A stretch of DNA of 64,000 nt from Candidatus Bathyarchaeia archaeon. Lineage in GTDB: Archaea > Thermoproteota > Bathyarchaeia > 40CM-2-53-6. Shown here in pieces: positions 39,267 to 49,310 of this stretch. Each line of letters opens with the position of its first letter. The first letter of the stretch is position 1. A program made the translations under genes and the position numbers. The notes beneath the pieces were generated by a model, which ran no database searches, was not told where the DNA came from, and worked only from the letters and a program-made list of their open reading frames with translations. The DNA is taken from contig JBEKFP010000001.1 in the NCBI GenBank assembly GCA_050013255.1, positions 1,024,001-1,088,000 on the forward strand. The letters run 5' to 3'.

Positions 39267-40508
39267 TTGACAGCGTTAATAGACGACAGATTATTCAAAC
39301 TAGTTGTGAACCAAATAGAACCGAATAAACTAACTGAAACCGCCCAAGATCTGATATGCATACGCAGCGAGAATCCACCTGGGTCGTATCGAGAGATTGC
39401 AAATTATTTGTCGAAGAAATGGACAAACATAGGACTAAAGACGCGGTTAATCGAAGTTTCACACAACAAACTGAAAGAATTCAAGTTGGAGACACCGAGG
39501 ATAAATCTTGTCGGAACAATAGGAACCGGCAAAGAATCTGCTCTGATTCTGGACGGGCACACCGACACTGTTCCCGTTGGTGAAGGGTGGTCTGTCGATC
39601 CCCTGAAGGGCATCCTCAAAGATTCTCGAATCTATGGACGTGGCGCTTCAGATATGAAGGGTGGCCTAGCGGTGATGACGTCCGTAGCCGAAGCGCTGAT
39701 CCACTCCGATGTTGAACTGAAGGAGAATCTAATTCTAACCGCCACCGTTGACGATGAAATAGCTGGATCACTAGGAATGAAGTATCTACTGGAGAACCAT
39801 TTAGTCAAGGGCCGATGTGCCGTATGCTGCGAAGGCACCTCATCAAGTGAGAACGAAGTTGACATTAACTCGTGTTTCGGGGGACGATTGTGGCTTCGAG
39901 TTACTACAAAGGGGAAATCAGCTCATGGCGCTAAACCAAGCGAAGGCATCAACGCCATCGAAAAAATGTTTCATCTGTACCAGGAACTCCAGAAGATACG
40001 TCTGCCACACCATAAGGTTTACGGGCCTAGCACCATGAATCTTGGTACCATATCAGGAGGAACGAGACCAAACATTGTGCCTGACTCATGTTCTGCAACC
40101 CTCGATATCAGGTTTGGGCCGTCAACCTCTACGCAGGAGGTAATGACGAAACTGAAAGAAACCGCCACGAGCATTAGCCAGTATGATAGTGAATTCACGA
40201 TCAATGATGTTGAGGTAATTGAAAGTCGCGAAGCTTTCGAAATTCCGGCAGATACCAAATTGGTTACTAGCTTAGCAAAGGCGATCAGAATGGTAACGGG
40301 AACCCCAACTAAGTTGACTCATGCCATCGGTTCAGGAAACGCTTATCATCTTTGGCAAACTGGCATTCCCGCAGTGTTCTGCGGACCAGGAAACCCAGCC
40401 AATTTCCACACTGCGAACGAATTTGTTACCCTGCAATCCCTGTTGAATTGCACAAAGATACTCTCCCATTTGGCCTTGCAACTCTGCGCAAGAACAAACG
40501 AAACCTGA
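39267..40508 (+). CDS. M20 ArgE/DapE-family deacylase
   Basis: SENPPG, DGHTDTVP, GRGASDMKGG, DDE, GKSAHG, HTANE. Confidence 0.9.
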   Translation: MTALIDDRLFKLVVNQIEPNKLTETAQDLICIRSENPPGSYREIANYLSKKWTNIGLKTRLIEVSHNKLKEFKLETPRINLVGTIGTGKESALILDGHTDTVPVGEGWSVDPLKGILKDSRIYGRGASDMKGGLAVMTSVAEALIHSDVELKENLILTATVDDEIAGSLGMKYLLENHLVKGRCAVCCEGTSSSENEVDINSCFGGRLWLRVTTKGKSAHGAKPSEGINAIEKMFHLYQELQKIRLPHHKVYGPSTMNLGTISGGTRPNIVPDSCSATLDIRFGPSTSTQEVMTKLKETATSISQYDSEFTINDVEVIESREAFEIPADTKLVTSLAKAIRMVTGTPTKLTHAIGSGNAYHLWQTGIPAVFCGPGNPANFHTANEFVTLQSLLNCTKILSHLALQLCARTNET

Positions 40509-40620
40509 TAAGTCGAGTGCAACGAGCGAAACGCGCATTACCTCTTCAGAGAAAACTCGCAGCTCTTTCAAAGCCCACGAACTGGCAAAGAGCTGAGCAG
40601 TCCGACATTGGAGTCAGATA

Positions 40621-41334
40621 TTAGGGAATGTTCGACTTGCCACGAGCAATCTGAATCGCACGAGTCGCCAGTATTTGAGTCGCATCGATGATCGGAACTG
40701 GCAGATCGCCAGTCTTGAGGATGAGTGGGAGTTCTGTACACCCCGCAATGACTGCCTCGGCGCCCATCTTCACCAGCTTTTGTCCTATCTCAATGACATT
40801 AGTCGAGGATTTGGATAGATCGCCTCCTTTCACTGAGTAAATTGCTTGCATAAGTGTTGGTTGGTCGCCATCTGTTGGCAAGACCGTCTTGATCGCCAAG
40901 TTGCGAAATTGCTTCTGATAGAGGCCGGACCGCGCAGTGCCTGTTGCCGCCATAATACCGACCGTTCTTAGGGACGGATACAATCTAACGGTTTCTTTTG
41001 CTGTCTCCTCAATCATGTCAACTATGGGTACCGCTACAGCTTTCCTAATCTCTTCAATCCAATAGTGAGCGGTGTTACAAGGCATCACGATGAAATCCGC
41101 CCCAGCAGCCACAAGATTCTGTGCAGTTACAATGAGCATCCGCGCAGGTGAAGGCCCATTTTCTAGAATGGCCTTCTGCCGATCCGGTACTCTGGGATTA
41201 TTGTCAATTATCAGGTGGAGATGATCCTGATCTCTTGATACTGGAGTCGAGCGTACGATTTTCGAGAAAAGATCGATTGTAGCTTCCGGTCCCATCCCGC
41301 CCAAAATGCCAACGATCATTTCTTGACCCGTCAA
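40621..41334 (-). CDS. Aspartate racemase family protein
   Basis: GILGGMGPEAT, DQDH, PDR, MPCNTAH, GCTELP. Confidence 0.93.
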   Translation of the reverse strand: MTGQEMIVGILGGMGPEATIDLFSKIVRSTPVSRDQDHLHLIIDNNPRVPDRQKAILENGPSPARMLIVTAQNLVAAGADFIVMPCNTAHYWIEEIRKAVAVPIVDMIEETAKETVRLYPSLRTVGIMAATGTARSGLYQKQFRNLAIKTVLPTDGDQPTLMQAIYSVKGGDLSKSSTNVIEIGQKLVKMGAEAVIAGCTELPLILKTGDLPVPIIDATQILATRAIQIARGKSNIP

Positions 41335-41416
41335 ACAAGTCGCCCTGCCCGAGGCATTTCCAAAATAATACTCCCCTCCAGTCCCCTACTTTCGTTTCGA
41401 TGTAAATCGCAAAATG

Positions 41417-42634
41417 TCAGGAACCTCTTGATCTTTGAAACGCGGGCATGATTTCCTGAATTCGTTCAAGAGCCGTCTTCAGCTTTTCTCTGGCTGTTGC
41501 AAACGACAGTCTGATGAACCTTTCATTGCGGATTCCAAAGGCATCTCCTGGTACAACTGCCACCTTAGCTTTGCTTAATAACTCACTCGCGAGTCCCTGG
41601 GATTTCAACGCAAACACTGAGACATTGGGAAACGCGTAGAATGTTCCCTTAGGCGGGTAACATGATATGCCGTCGATTTTTCTTAGTTCTCTCATCACCA
41701 TATCCCGTCGCAGTTGGTACTCAGATACCATTTCTTTAATGGACTTGTCCGTTCTCTCATCGCGTAATGCCAATGCCGCGGCGCGTTGGGCAAAAGTGCA
41801 TGCACTCGTAACTAAATGACTGTGAATTGCAACAACACGTGCCGCGATGCTTTTCGAGGTTATCAAATAGCCGAGTCGCCATCCCGTCATGGCTGTAGCC
41901 TTTGAGAATCCATTGACAACGATGGAAAAGTCCTTCATGCCTGCAAATGACGCTATACTGTAGTGTCTTTCTCCGTCGAAGAGTATCTTTTCATAAAGCT
42001 CGTCTGAAAGAACTAGGAAATGCTTGTGCTTTGCTAAGTCAGCCAATGCATCTAGGTCAGATCTAGCGGCAACGCTTCCTGTCGGATTGTTTGGAGAATT
42101 GAGGATCAGCATCTTTGTTCGCGCAGTGAGAATTTTCTCAACCTGAGAGGCTGAAATTCGAAAGCCTTCAGACTCTTCTAAGGGAAGGTAGACTGGGTGA
42201 CCGCCACAGAGTTCAATGCATGGGACGTAGCTTACCCAATAGGGGTCTGGAACAATCACCTCATCGCCCGGATTGACGGTTGCCATCATTGCACTGTAGA
42301 CGGCCTCCTTTCCACCAACGGTTACAACAATCTCGCTTTTCGGACTAGCCTCAATGCCGTTATCTCGCTTTACCTTCTCTGCGATTGTTTCCCTCAACTC
42401 CATAAGACCTGAAGTGTCCGAATAGAAGGTGTATCCCTCGTCAAGTGCCTGCTTTGCGTACGCTCGTATGTGTTCCGGGGTGACAAAGTCGGGTTCACCG
42501 GCCGAGAGATCTATCACATCTTCTCCGGCGCGCTGCAATTTCCTGACTTGATCCATAATTCCTAGGGTTGCCGAAGATTTGACTTTGGCTCTTTCAGCGA
42601 TAAAGTCCATACCCACCGATTCACTATGCGTCAT
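41417..42634 (-). CDS. Aspartate aminotransferase-like (class I)
   Basis: GEPDF, NSPNNPTG, SDELYE, FSKATAMTGWRLG, FIRLSFA. Confidence 0.93.
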   Translation of the reverse strand: MTHSESVGMDFIAERAKVKSSATLGIMDQVRKLQRAGEDVIDLSAGEPDFVTPEHIRAYAKQALDEGYTFYSDTSGLMELRETIAEKVKRDNGIEASPKSEIVVTVGGKEAVYSAMMATVNPGDEVIVPDPYWVSYVPCIELCGGHPVYLPLEESEGFRISASQVEKILTARTKMLILNSPNNPTGSVAARSDLDALADLAKHKHFLVLSDELYEKILFDGERHYSIASFAGMKDFSIVVNGFSKATAMTGWRLGYLITSKSIAARVVAIHSHLVTSACTFAQRAAALALRDERTDKSIKEMVSEYQLRRDMVMRELRKIDGISCYPPKGTFYAFPNVSVFALKSQGLASELLSKAKVAVVPGDAFGIRNERFIRLSFATAREKLKTALERIQEIMPAFQRSRGS

Positions 42635-42644
42635 CTTAAGCCTT

Positions 42645-42770
42645 CCACGCAGACCTGTCTGGTCTGTACTGAACCTCTGAAATCGTGAGCGAAACTTGTC
42701 ATCGAAAGGACGCGCTCAAGCCATTCGAAAGCCAGATCCTTGTCACCGAGCGCGGTGTACACCTGCGCGC
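42645..42770 (-). pseudogene. C-terminal remnant of a TPR-containing signalling protein
   Basis: The minus strand encodes AQVYTALGDKDLAFEWLER, followed after a frame break by DKFRSRFQR...GL. This resembles the LG..D.AFEWLE.A...DPRF..L...GL tail of TPR cyclase/kinase proteins. Confidence 0.5.
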
Positions 42771-42808
42771 CTTCTCGACGTAGGTGTCATCTCAAGCAAA
42801 AAATAGGG

Positions 42809-43747
42809 CTAACTCCATCGATCCATCACAAAGACCTCGGGCGCGTCGTATGCTGGCTGATTCGGTCTGTGCATTGTCACTTTCAAGAGCGAGACTCGAA
42901 ATCCGTACCGAAGCATAACTCTATAGGCATCCTTGCGGCCGGTGTTGATTCCTGCCATCAGCCTTCCTACGCCCTGTTTTCGTGCATATGCTTCACATGC
43001 TCCAAGAAGCTTCTGGAACGAATTTGGGCTGTGTGACGGGTTGATTCCACCGAACTTTATGTAACATCTGTCGCTTCCCGCCTCGGTATTCTTGCCACAG
43101 TGGCAAACAGCGAAGCACGCTAGCTCGTTCCTATCTGTAATCAGGACGGTATCGCCCAGGCTTTGACTATGAACGGATTCTATTTCCGCCGAAACGTCGA
43201 GACCACGGTAAATGGAATTTGTTAAGTCAATCGTTTGCTCCAAGAATCGCTCACGCTGTTCTACGCTAAGGTTCGAGAATGTCGAGAAGTCGACTGAACC
43301 GTCTTGAGTTTTTACTTGTTTGACTAAAATTGCCGTTAGAAATCTAGGCCAGAAATCGAACTTCTGGTAGAGTTGAATATGTTTGGAACTATCAGGGAAG
43401 GTATCGAGACCGGCAACGGAAACATGCCACTCGTCAAACAGCTTAACGGCCGCCTCGGTGAGTTGCGAAGCTATTCCCCTACCCCAGCAATCGGGTTTGA
43501 CCGCCATTCGCCCGAAGAAACCAATGCTCCCCCATTTCGTAATCACGGTAGTTCCAACGATCGCTCCTTCCTCCTCCGCTACGAGAACTGTGCTTGTTCG
43601 GCCCTTCCAGCGAGCCTTCAACATGTCACGGTCTCCAAAGCTCTGCAGCGGATCCTCAAGACCGTCTTGAGTTCCAAACGCGAGCCTGAGAACCAGATCA
43701 GCAACGTCCAGCTCCTCTTCTTTGACAGGGCGGATGAACATTGACAA
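42809..43747 (-). CDS. GNAT N-acetyltransferase (tandem GNAT)
   Basis: AVKPDCWGRGIA acetyl-CoA motif A, LYQKFDF, and a second degenerate GNAT half. Confidence 0.85.
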   Translation of the reverse strand: MSMFIRPVKEEELDVADLVLRLAFGTQDGLEDPLQSFGDRDMLKARWKGRTSTVLVAEEEGAIVGTTVITKWGSIGFFGRMAVKPDCWGRGIASQLTEAAVKLFDEWHVSVAGLDTFPDSSKHIQLYQKFDFWPRFLTAILVKQVKTQDGSVDFSTFSNLSVEQRERFLEQTIDLTNSIYRGLDVSAEIESVHSQSLGDTVLITDRNELACFAVCHCGKNTEAGSDRCYIKFGGINPSHSPNSFQKLLGACEAYARKQGVGRLMAGINTGRKDAYRVMLRYGFRVSLLKVTMHRPNQPAYDAPEVFVMDRWS

Positions 43748-43919
43748 CAGAACTTCCTAAGGGGAAAGCACGCTAATGGTCGCTTAAATCATTCCCTACC
43801 TTCCACGAAAAATATTGGTTAAAGTGGGGCTTAGTCATCTTCGTGTTTGCAAACTGAACAAAGAAGATTAATAACGTGAGGCAACTCGGACGGACATATT
43901 TCAATTCAGGTGCAATCAA

Positions 43920-44179
43920 ATGAAGAAGGAACTCAAAGGCGTGATGGCATTAGTGCCAACCCCTCTCACAGAAGATGGGAAGATATTCGATCTGAGATAG
44001 ACTTCGTAATGAAGAACGGTTGCTCTTCCGCTGGCGTCCTCGCAGGGATCGGCGAAGGTTATCTGATGTCCCACCAGGACTGGACGATCGTGGCAAAGAC
44101 AGCTATCGACCACATGAACATGAATGAGTTCACCTACCGGGCACCTGTCCCAAACGGGTCCACGAACGTGTTTTGGTAA
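43920..44179 (+). pseudogene. Dihydrodipicolinate synthase/N-acetylneuraminate lyase family pseudogene (frameshifted, 3'-truncated)
   Basis: ATG 43920 gives MKKELKGVMALVPTPLTEDGKI; a shifted frame continues EDIRSEIDFVMKNGCSSAGVLAGIGEGYLMS. Homology stops after about 70 aa. Confidence 0.8.
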
Positions 44180-44194
44180 GGTTCTTCAAGATCG

Positions 44195-45352
44195 TCAACA
44201 TCGTGGTAATCGTAACTTGTTTAGGGCTGCCTCGATTCTACGCAATGCTTCCTCCAGAATCTCTCTTGGGCGAGTGAAGCTAAGCTTAATGTATCCTTCT
44301 GACCTCGTTCCAAAGAAACTCTGTCCTGATTCGCTTAGAATATGTGCTTCCTTCAAGAGGTAATCGGAAAAATCCTCAGACGATATTCCGAACTCTGCTA
44401 TATTTGGAAACGCAGCGAAACCCCCCTCTGGTTTCAAGCATCTCATGTTCCCTATTCTGTTCAGTCCATCGACAAATAGGTCTCTTCGCATTCCGTACGC
44501 TCTCACGGCTTCTTCGATCCAACCCTGAGGCCCTTGAAGAGCAGCCAACGCGGCACTTTGCGCTATTTCGCTCACACTGACCGTCATGTGCAACTGTATG
44601 TTAGCCATTTTCTCTATAATCGGCTCTGGCCCGGCCACGTAGCCAACCCTGTATCCTGGCATGTTGTATCCTTTCGCAAAACCATTAACAGTCAGTGTAC
44701 GGCCTTCCATGCTAGGCAGCGATCCAACACTGAAATTCTTCCTTCCATCGTAGACTACTTTCTCGAATATCTCATCCGACAGAACCAGCAGATCGTGCGT
44801 AACAGCTATCTCAGCTATACGCTCAAGATCGCCCTCATCGACGATTGCCCCCGTTGGATTTTCCGGCGACACGATTACTATCATCTTCGTTTTGCCCGTT
44901 ATCGACTTTTCCACAGCCTCAGGATCTATCTTGAATTTCCTCTCCTCACCCGTAGGCACATACACTACTCTGCCTCCAGCCATCATGACGTTCGGTTCAT
45001 ATCCGGCTACATATCCAGGATTGCCCATTATGACCTGGTCGCCCGGATCGATCATCGACCATATAGCCAAGTATATTGCTTCTGACCCTCCGGTAGTTAC
45101 CAACATCTCCGTTTCAGGATCGACCTTGAGCCCATTTTCCCGTTCTAGTTTCTCAGCTATGGCCACTCTCAGCTCTCGCATACCAAAGAATCTGTAGCTA
45201 TGCATTCTATCCACAGCGTCCTTAGCCGCGTCGACTACATGCCTAGGCAGAGGATGTTCGTTTGACCAGTTAGGTCTCAGGTTTATGAGATCCGCGTAGC
45301 CGCTAGCTATTCTCGTGAGCTGATCAAGCCTATTCTTGTGCTTCGCCGCCAT
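44195..45352 (-). CDS. Aminotransferase class I/II, atypical active site
   Basis: SPENPTG, SDEIFE, FAKGYNMPGYRVG, GYIKLSF. Start moved to ATG 45352. Confidence 0.85.
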   Translation of the reverse strand: MAAKHKNRLDQLTRIASGYADLINLRPNWSNEHPLPRHVVDAAKDAVDRMHSYRFFGMRELRVAIAEKLERENGLKVDPETEMLVTTGGSEAIYLAIWSMIDPGDQVIMGNPGYVAGYEPNVMMAGGRVVYVPTGEERKFKIDPEAVEKSITGKTKMIVIVSPENPTGAIVDEGDLERIAEIAVTHDLLVLSDEIFEKVVYDGRKNFSVGSLPSMEGRTLTVNGFAKGYNMPGYRVGYVAGPEPIIEKMANIQLHMTVSVSEIAQSAALAALQGPQGWIEEAVRAYGMRRDLFVDGLNRIGNMRCLKPEGGFAAFPNIAEFGISSEDFSDYLLKEAHILSESGQSFFGTRSEGYIKLSFTRPREILEEALRRIEAALNKLRLPRC

Positions 45353-45960
45353 TTCCGTCCTTCTTGCCATAACCGTCAGCAAGAAAATCCGACTCGCCAG
45401 AATGGTCACGGTGGATTCCGGCGCGTATTTATGACTTATGTTCATACCTTGAAATCTACGCTTTCGCCACGCTTGGCCATTGCTGGAATCCACGTTTCCC
45501 CAGACTTTGGAATCGAATTGTTAGCTTCACATTGGAGGAGGTTCCTGTGGATGTCTGTGTGGCTGAGACCGCCTTCCTTGTTGTAGTTGTAGGTATCCTA
45601 CGATGCGTCATGATCGCGAATTCCTCGTCCCTCTGAGTTGAAGCGAGAGGCTCTCGGTAGGGTTCGATGGATCGTATTGGGTTTGTGGGATTGACGTCTG
45701 CCTACTATCTTTCTCGCAGATGCGACACTGGCGGTCGATAGTTTTCTCGCTGGTTCTCAATGTTGTTGCAATGTGTTAGACTTGTCTTTCCAATTTTCTG
45801 TTACAATCTAACATAGTCTCTTCTCGGCTCTATCCAACGCACCACTTTCCTCGACTTTCCTCCCCTTCCAAACCACATAGTCCGGAACATATCAGAATGG
45901 TCAAGTTAAATATCCGGCATCGAGGAGGAAGCTTATCTGCTCTAAACAACGCGCCAACAG

Positions 45961-47115
45961 GTGGCTCAGAAGTTGAATACAATCCTTGTCGTTGGTCTTG
46001 GTGATATTGGCGAACACATATTGGAATTCCTAGTCAGGATCCCTGAAATTTCAAAAATATATGGGGCGGATAGAAATGAACCTCGGTTCAGGTCCAAGAT
46101 CTACAGCGCACTCTCCGGCGCAATTCATCAGGGCTTCTATCCCCAAGTCGAGTTCCTGAGCTTGGACCTGAACGACATCGATTCTACAGCAAGGACGTTA
46201 AGTGAAATTGAGCCAGATATAGTGGTGACTTCAGCTGCATTGAAGACTTGGTGGGCTCCCCAGGCGTCCATGCCCTTTGAGGTTTTCCGAAAGCTCGACG
46301 AAGCAGGATTTGGTCCATGGCTACCGCTTCATTTCACATTGGTATACAAACTCATGAAGGCGGTGAGGAAATCAGGGATTGAGACTCATGTGATTAACTG
46401 TAGTTTTCCAGATGCCGTGAATGCGGTGCTGGGAAAACTAGGCATGGCGCCAACAGTGGGCTTAGGTAACTGTGATCTGTTCCTCCCTTGGTTGCGGAAG
46501 ATCGTTGCCGACAGGCTCAGCGTGCCAGTATCGGACGTGCAGCTCTACTTTGTAGGGCACCACTTTCTTGTTCATGCACTAGGTGCATACCAGAGTACAC
46601 TCGGATGCCCGTACCGCATGAACGTGGTCGTCGGTGACAGAGACGTCACGAATCTTTTCAATCCTGATAAGCTATTAATCGACGCAAATGCACATATGCC
46701 AAAGGGAAAGGATGATCACTTCATAGTCGCAGCCTCGGCTGTAAAGAACGTGATGGGAATTCTCCAAGATACGAATCAGCTTGCGTATGCTCCGGGGCCA
46801 GAAGGATTACCTGGAGGGTATCCTATTCGTCTCTCACGAGAAGGAGCTAAAGTGGAGCTTCCAGCTGGACTAGGCAGAAGAGAGGCTATTCGAGTTAACC
46901 AAGACTCTCAACTGCTGGATGGAATCGAAAGAATAGAAGATGACGGCACCGTTGTTTTTTCGGCCAAAGCTAATCAGATAATGTCAGAGTTGCTCGGATA
47001 CCAATGCACTCGACTCGCACCGGAAGAAAATGAAGTGAGGGCGAAAGAACTGCTTGCAGCTTACGATCTATTTGTTGCTAAGTATCGGACCTTATCATCT
47101 GGTCGCGAGCGATAG
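45961..47115 (+). CDS. Uncharacterised NAD(P)-binding oxidoreductase (LDH/MDH- or saccharopine-DH-like)
   Basis: VVGLGDIG Rossmann motif, INCSFPDAVN, GLGN, GHH, PGPEGLPGGYP, DGIERIE.DG. Confidence 0.7.
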   Translation: MAQKLNTILVVGLGDIGEHILEFLVRIPEISKIYGADRNEPRFRSKIYSALSGAIHQGFYPQVEFLSLDLNDIDSTARTLSEIEPDIVVTSAALKTWWAPQASMPFEVFRKLDEAGFGPWLPLHFTLVYKLMKAVRKSGIETHVINCSFPDAVNAVLGKLGMAPTVGLGNCDLFLPWLRKIVADRLSVPVSDVQLYFVGHHFLVHALGAYQSTLGCPYRMNVVVGDRDVTNLFNPDKLLIDANAHMPKGKDDHFIVAASAVKNVMGILQDTNQLAYAPGPEGLPGGYPIRLSREGAKVELPAGLGRREAIRVNQDSQLLDGIERIEDDGTVVFSAKANQIMSELLGYQCTRLAPEENEVRAKELLAAYDLFVAKYRTLSSGRER

Positions 47116-47271
47116 GGCAAGGAACAGCAACTAACGTTTCGCTAGCGTTGTGAAGACTGACAAAGAGGCATCTGGCAGAGTTGATGCTCGAGCACATTGC
47201 AGTGCATACTCTACTTTTAGATCACACTTTATTGTTATATGCGCCCCTTCGAGCTTCGCCCTGTGATTGAA

Positions 47272-48078
47272 ATGGTCAAATTGTATGAGCTGACTTGGAG
47301 ACAAGCGAAAAAAGCCTTCCAGGAAACGAGCACCGCAATAATCCCGACAGGAAGCAATGAACAGCACGGCCCGCATCTGCCACTTGGTACGGATTGGATT
47401 GTCGCTAACGAGATTGCGAACAGACTTTCCGACAAGACAAAAGCAATAGTGCTTCCGGTAGTTCCCTATGGATACGCTGAGTATCACATGGACTTTCCTG
47501 GCACAATCTATCTTGACAAAGAGACGTTTCGTGTCCTACTGATGGATATGTGTAGATCCCTGAACAGATGGGGCATTTCGCGAATCTTGTTTGTGAACGG
47601 GCATGGCGGCAACATGGATACGTTGCACACGGTTAGCATGAAAATAAGAAAGAAATACGGTATGTTGGCAGCGGCTGCTCAGTGGTGGGAAATGCTGCCC
47701 CAGAAAATCGGAGGGGAGATTACAGAGACCCATGGAGGCACAGTAGAGACAGCGATAGTTCGCACAATAAACCCAAACATTGTTGATATGGCCGTTGCAT
47801 TCGTTCCGAAAGTAAAGTCCTTGACGAACAAGATTGAAACCATATCGATCGTGCAGTCTAGATTCGAAGATGGCTTGATGCGAATTTACTATAGGGTGGG
47901 CGACGTATCAGAGGCAGGATCGATGACCGAGACTGAAGGCGCCACCGATGTTAAAGACTTCAGCACAGCGACTCCTGAGTTGGGGAAGGAACTCTTAGAC
48001 AAGGTAGTCAACCAATTAGCGAAATTCATCCCTGAATTCGAAAAGATCGAGGTACCGAAAACGCAAGAGGAACCCTGA
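47272..48078 (+). CDS. Creatininase / creatinine amidohydrolase family
   Basis: PTGSNEQHGPHLPLGTD, HMDFPGT, NGHGGN, HGG..ET, ATPELG. Start at ATG 47272. Confidence 0.92.
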   Translation: MVKLYELTWRQAKKAFQETSTAIIPTGSNEQHGPHLPLGTDWIVANEIANRLSDKTKAIVLPVVPYGYAEYHMDFPGTIYLDKETFRVLLMDMCRSLNRWGISRILFVNGHGGNMDTLHTVSMKIRKKYGMLAAAAQWWEMLPQKIGGEITETHGGTVETAIVRTINPNIVDMAVAFVPKVKSLTNKIETISIVQSRFEDGLMRIYYRVGDVSEAGSMTETEGATDVKDFSTATPELGKELLDKVVNQLAKFIPEFEKIEVPKTQEEP

Positions 48079-48351
48079 ACTTTCCGTGCCTCCTCGTTAT
48101 GCGACAGAAATCGCACTGGATGTTTTCAACTCAGTGGGATACTTTTTGCCCGTGTCCTTGTTCTGAATTCTGTCCCTTGCAGTCCCTGAAGGAGCGACCA
48201 TGTGAAACTCAACGACCGAGAATCGGTCCGTGATGTTGAAAACATCATAGTGATTTCTGTAGCTGATTCCCATTTTAGGCTGCCAATGTGATCGTTCATT
48301 TCGAGCAAAACTTCATCACTGACATTATGCAGACATGATTAGGAGTAGCTC

Positions 48352-49251
48352 ATGAGAGAAACTGCGGTCCGACACGTTGATGTATTCACTGATGAAATTT
48401 TCTCTGGAAATCCCCTGACAGTCATTCCTGAAGCTGAAGGTCTGTCAGATTCTCAGATGCAACAAATCGCTAGTGAGTTTGGAACACCAGAGACAGCTTT
48501 CATTCTTGCAAGTGAAGGGCACGACTATCGACTCCGAATATTCAGTCCGATTAAGGAGATTCCTTTCGCCGGACACCCAATAATCGGAGCTGCACACGTT
48601 TTCGTTTCAGAGATCAGTAAGTCGCACGGGAGAAGGTTGATGCATGAAACCGGCATCGGCGTCCTACAAATCGATGTGATGGGCGACCAACCTCCACATA
48701 AGTTAATCATGGATCAAGGAAAACCAAGAATTTTAGGCAAATTGGACGAAGAGCATCTCAAAGGGCTATGTGACGCCCTCACACTTGACCGTAAAGGAAC
48801 CTCGTCGGACTCATCTCCACAAATAATCAGTACCGGCCTCCCGCAGCTTTTCATTCAAGTGAACGGATTAGGTGACCTATCCCACCTTTCGCCCGATTTT
48901 AACAAGATCACGAAAATCGAAAATGAACTCGGACTGACCGGGGTCGGAGTCTTCACGTTGGAAACAGTGAACAGTGACGCGTCCGCTCACCTGCGGTTCT
49001 TTGTGCCGAGCATAGGAATCAGCGAAGATGCTGCTGCCGGAAGCGCTGCGGGTGGCCTCGGCGCATATATGGCCATTAATGGCCTGGCGACGAAAGAAAG
49101 ATTGCGTGATTTTTCCATTGAGCAAGGCTTCGAGATGGGGAGGCCAAGTAGGCTGTACGTTGAAGTTCAACTCAAAGATGATGCGCCCCAGAACGTGAGA
49201 GTAGGAGGCTACTCGGTTACTGTTTCCAAGGGAGTTATCAACCTCCAATAA
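48352..49251 (+). CDS. PhzF-family isomerase/epimerase (DAP-epimerase fold)
   Basis: VDVFT...GNP, PETAF, RIFSP..EIPFAGHP, ED..AGSA, EQG.EMGRPS. Confidence 0.92.
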   Translation: MRETAVRHVDVFTDEIFSGNPLTVIPEAEGLSDSQMQQIASEFGTPETAFILASEGHDYRLRIFSPIKEIPFAGHPIIGAAHVFVSEISKSHGRRLMHETGIGVLQIDVMGDQPPHKLIMDQGKPRILGKLDEEHLKGLCDALTLDRKGTSSDSSPQIISTGLPQLFIQVNGLGDLSHLSPDFNKITKIENELGLTGVGVFTLETVNSDASAHLRFFVPSIGISEDAAAGSAAGGLGAYMAINGLATKERLRDFSIEQGFEMGRPSRLYVEVQLKDDAPQNVRVGGYSVTVSKGVINLQ

Positions 49252-49310
49252 GAGTGGATTTATCGGCGAGAACCAAATAGAAGTTTAAAATTGCACAATT
49301 CGTTCCCTCC

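Noticed and set aside
45400-45900. About 500-bp gap checked for an IS, ncRNA or gene remnant
   Set aside because: No terminal repeats, recognisable protein motif or convincing structure found by eye.
48190-48295. Short ORF with IIVISVADSHF resembling a phosphoesterase motif I
   Set aside because: A single short motif only; similarity could be chance.
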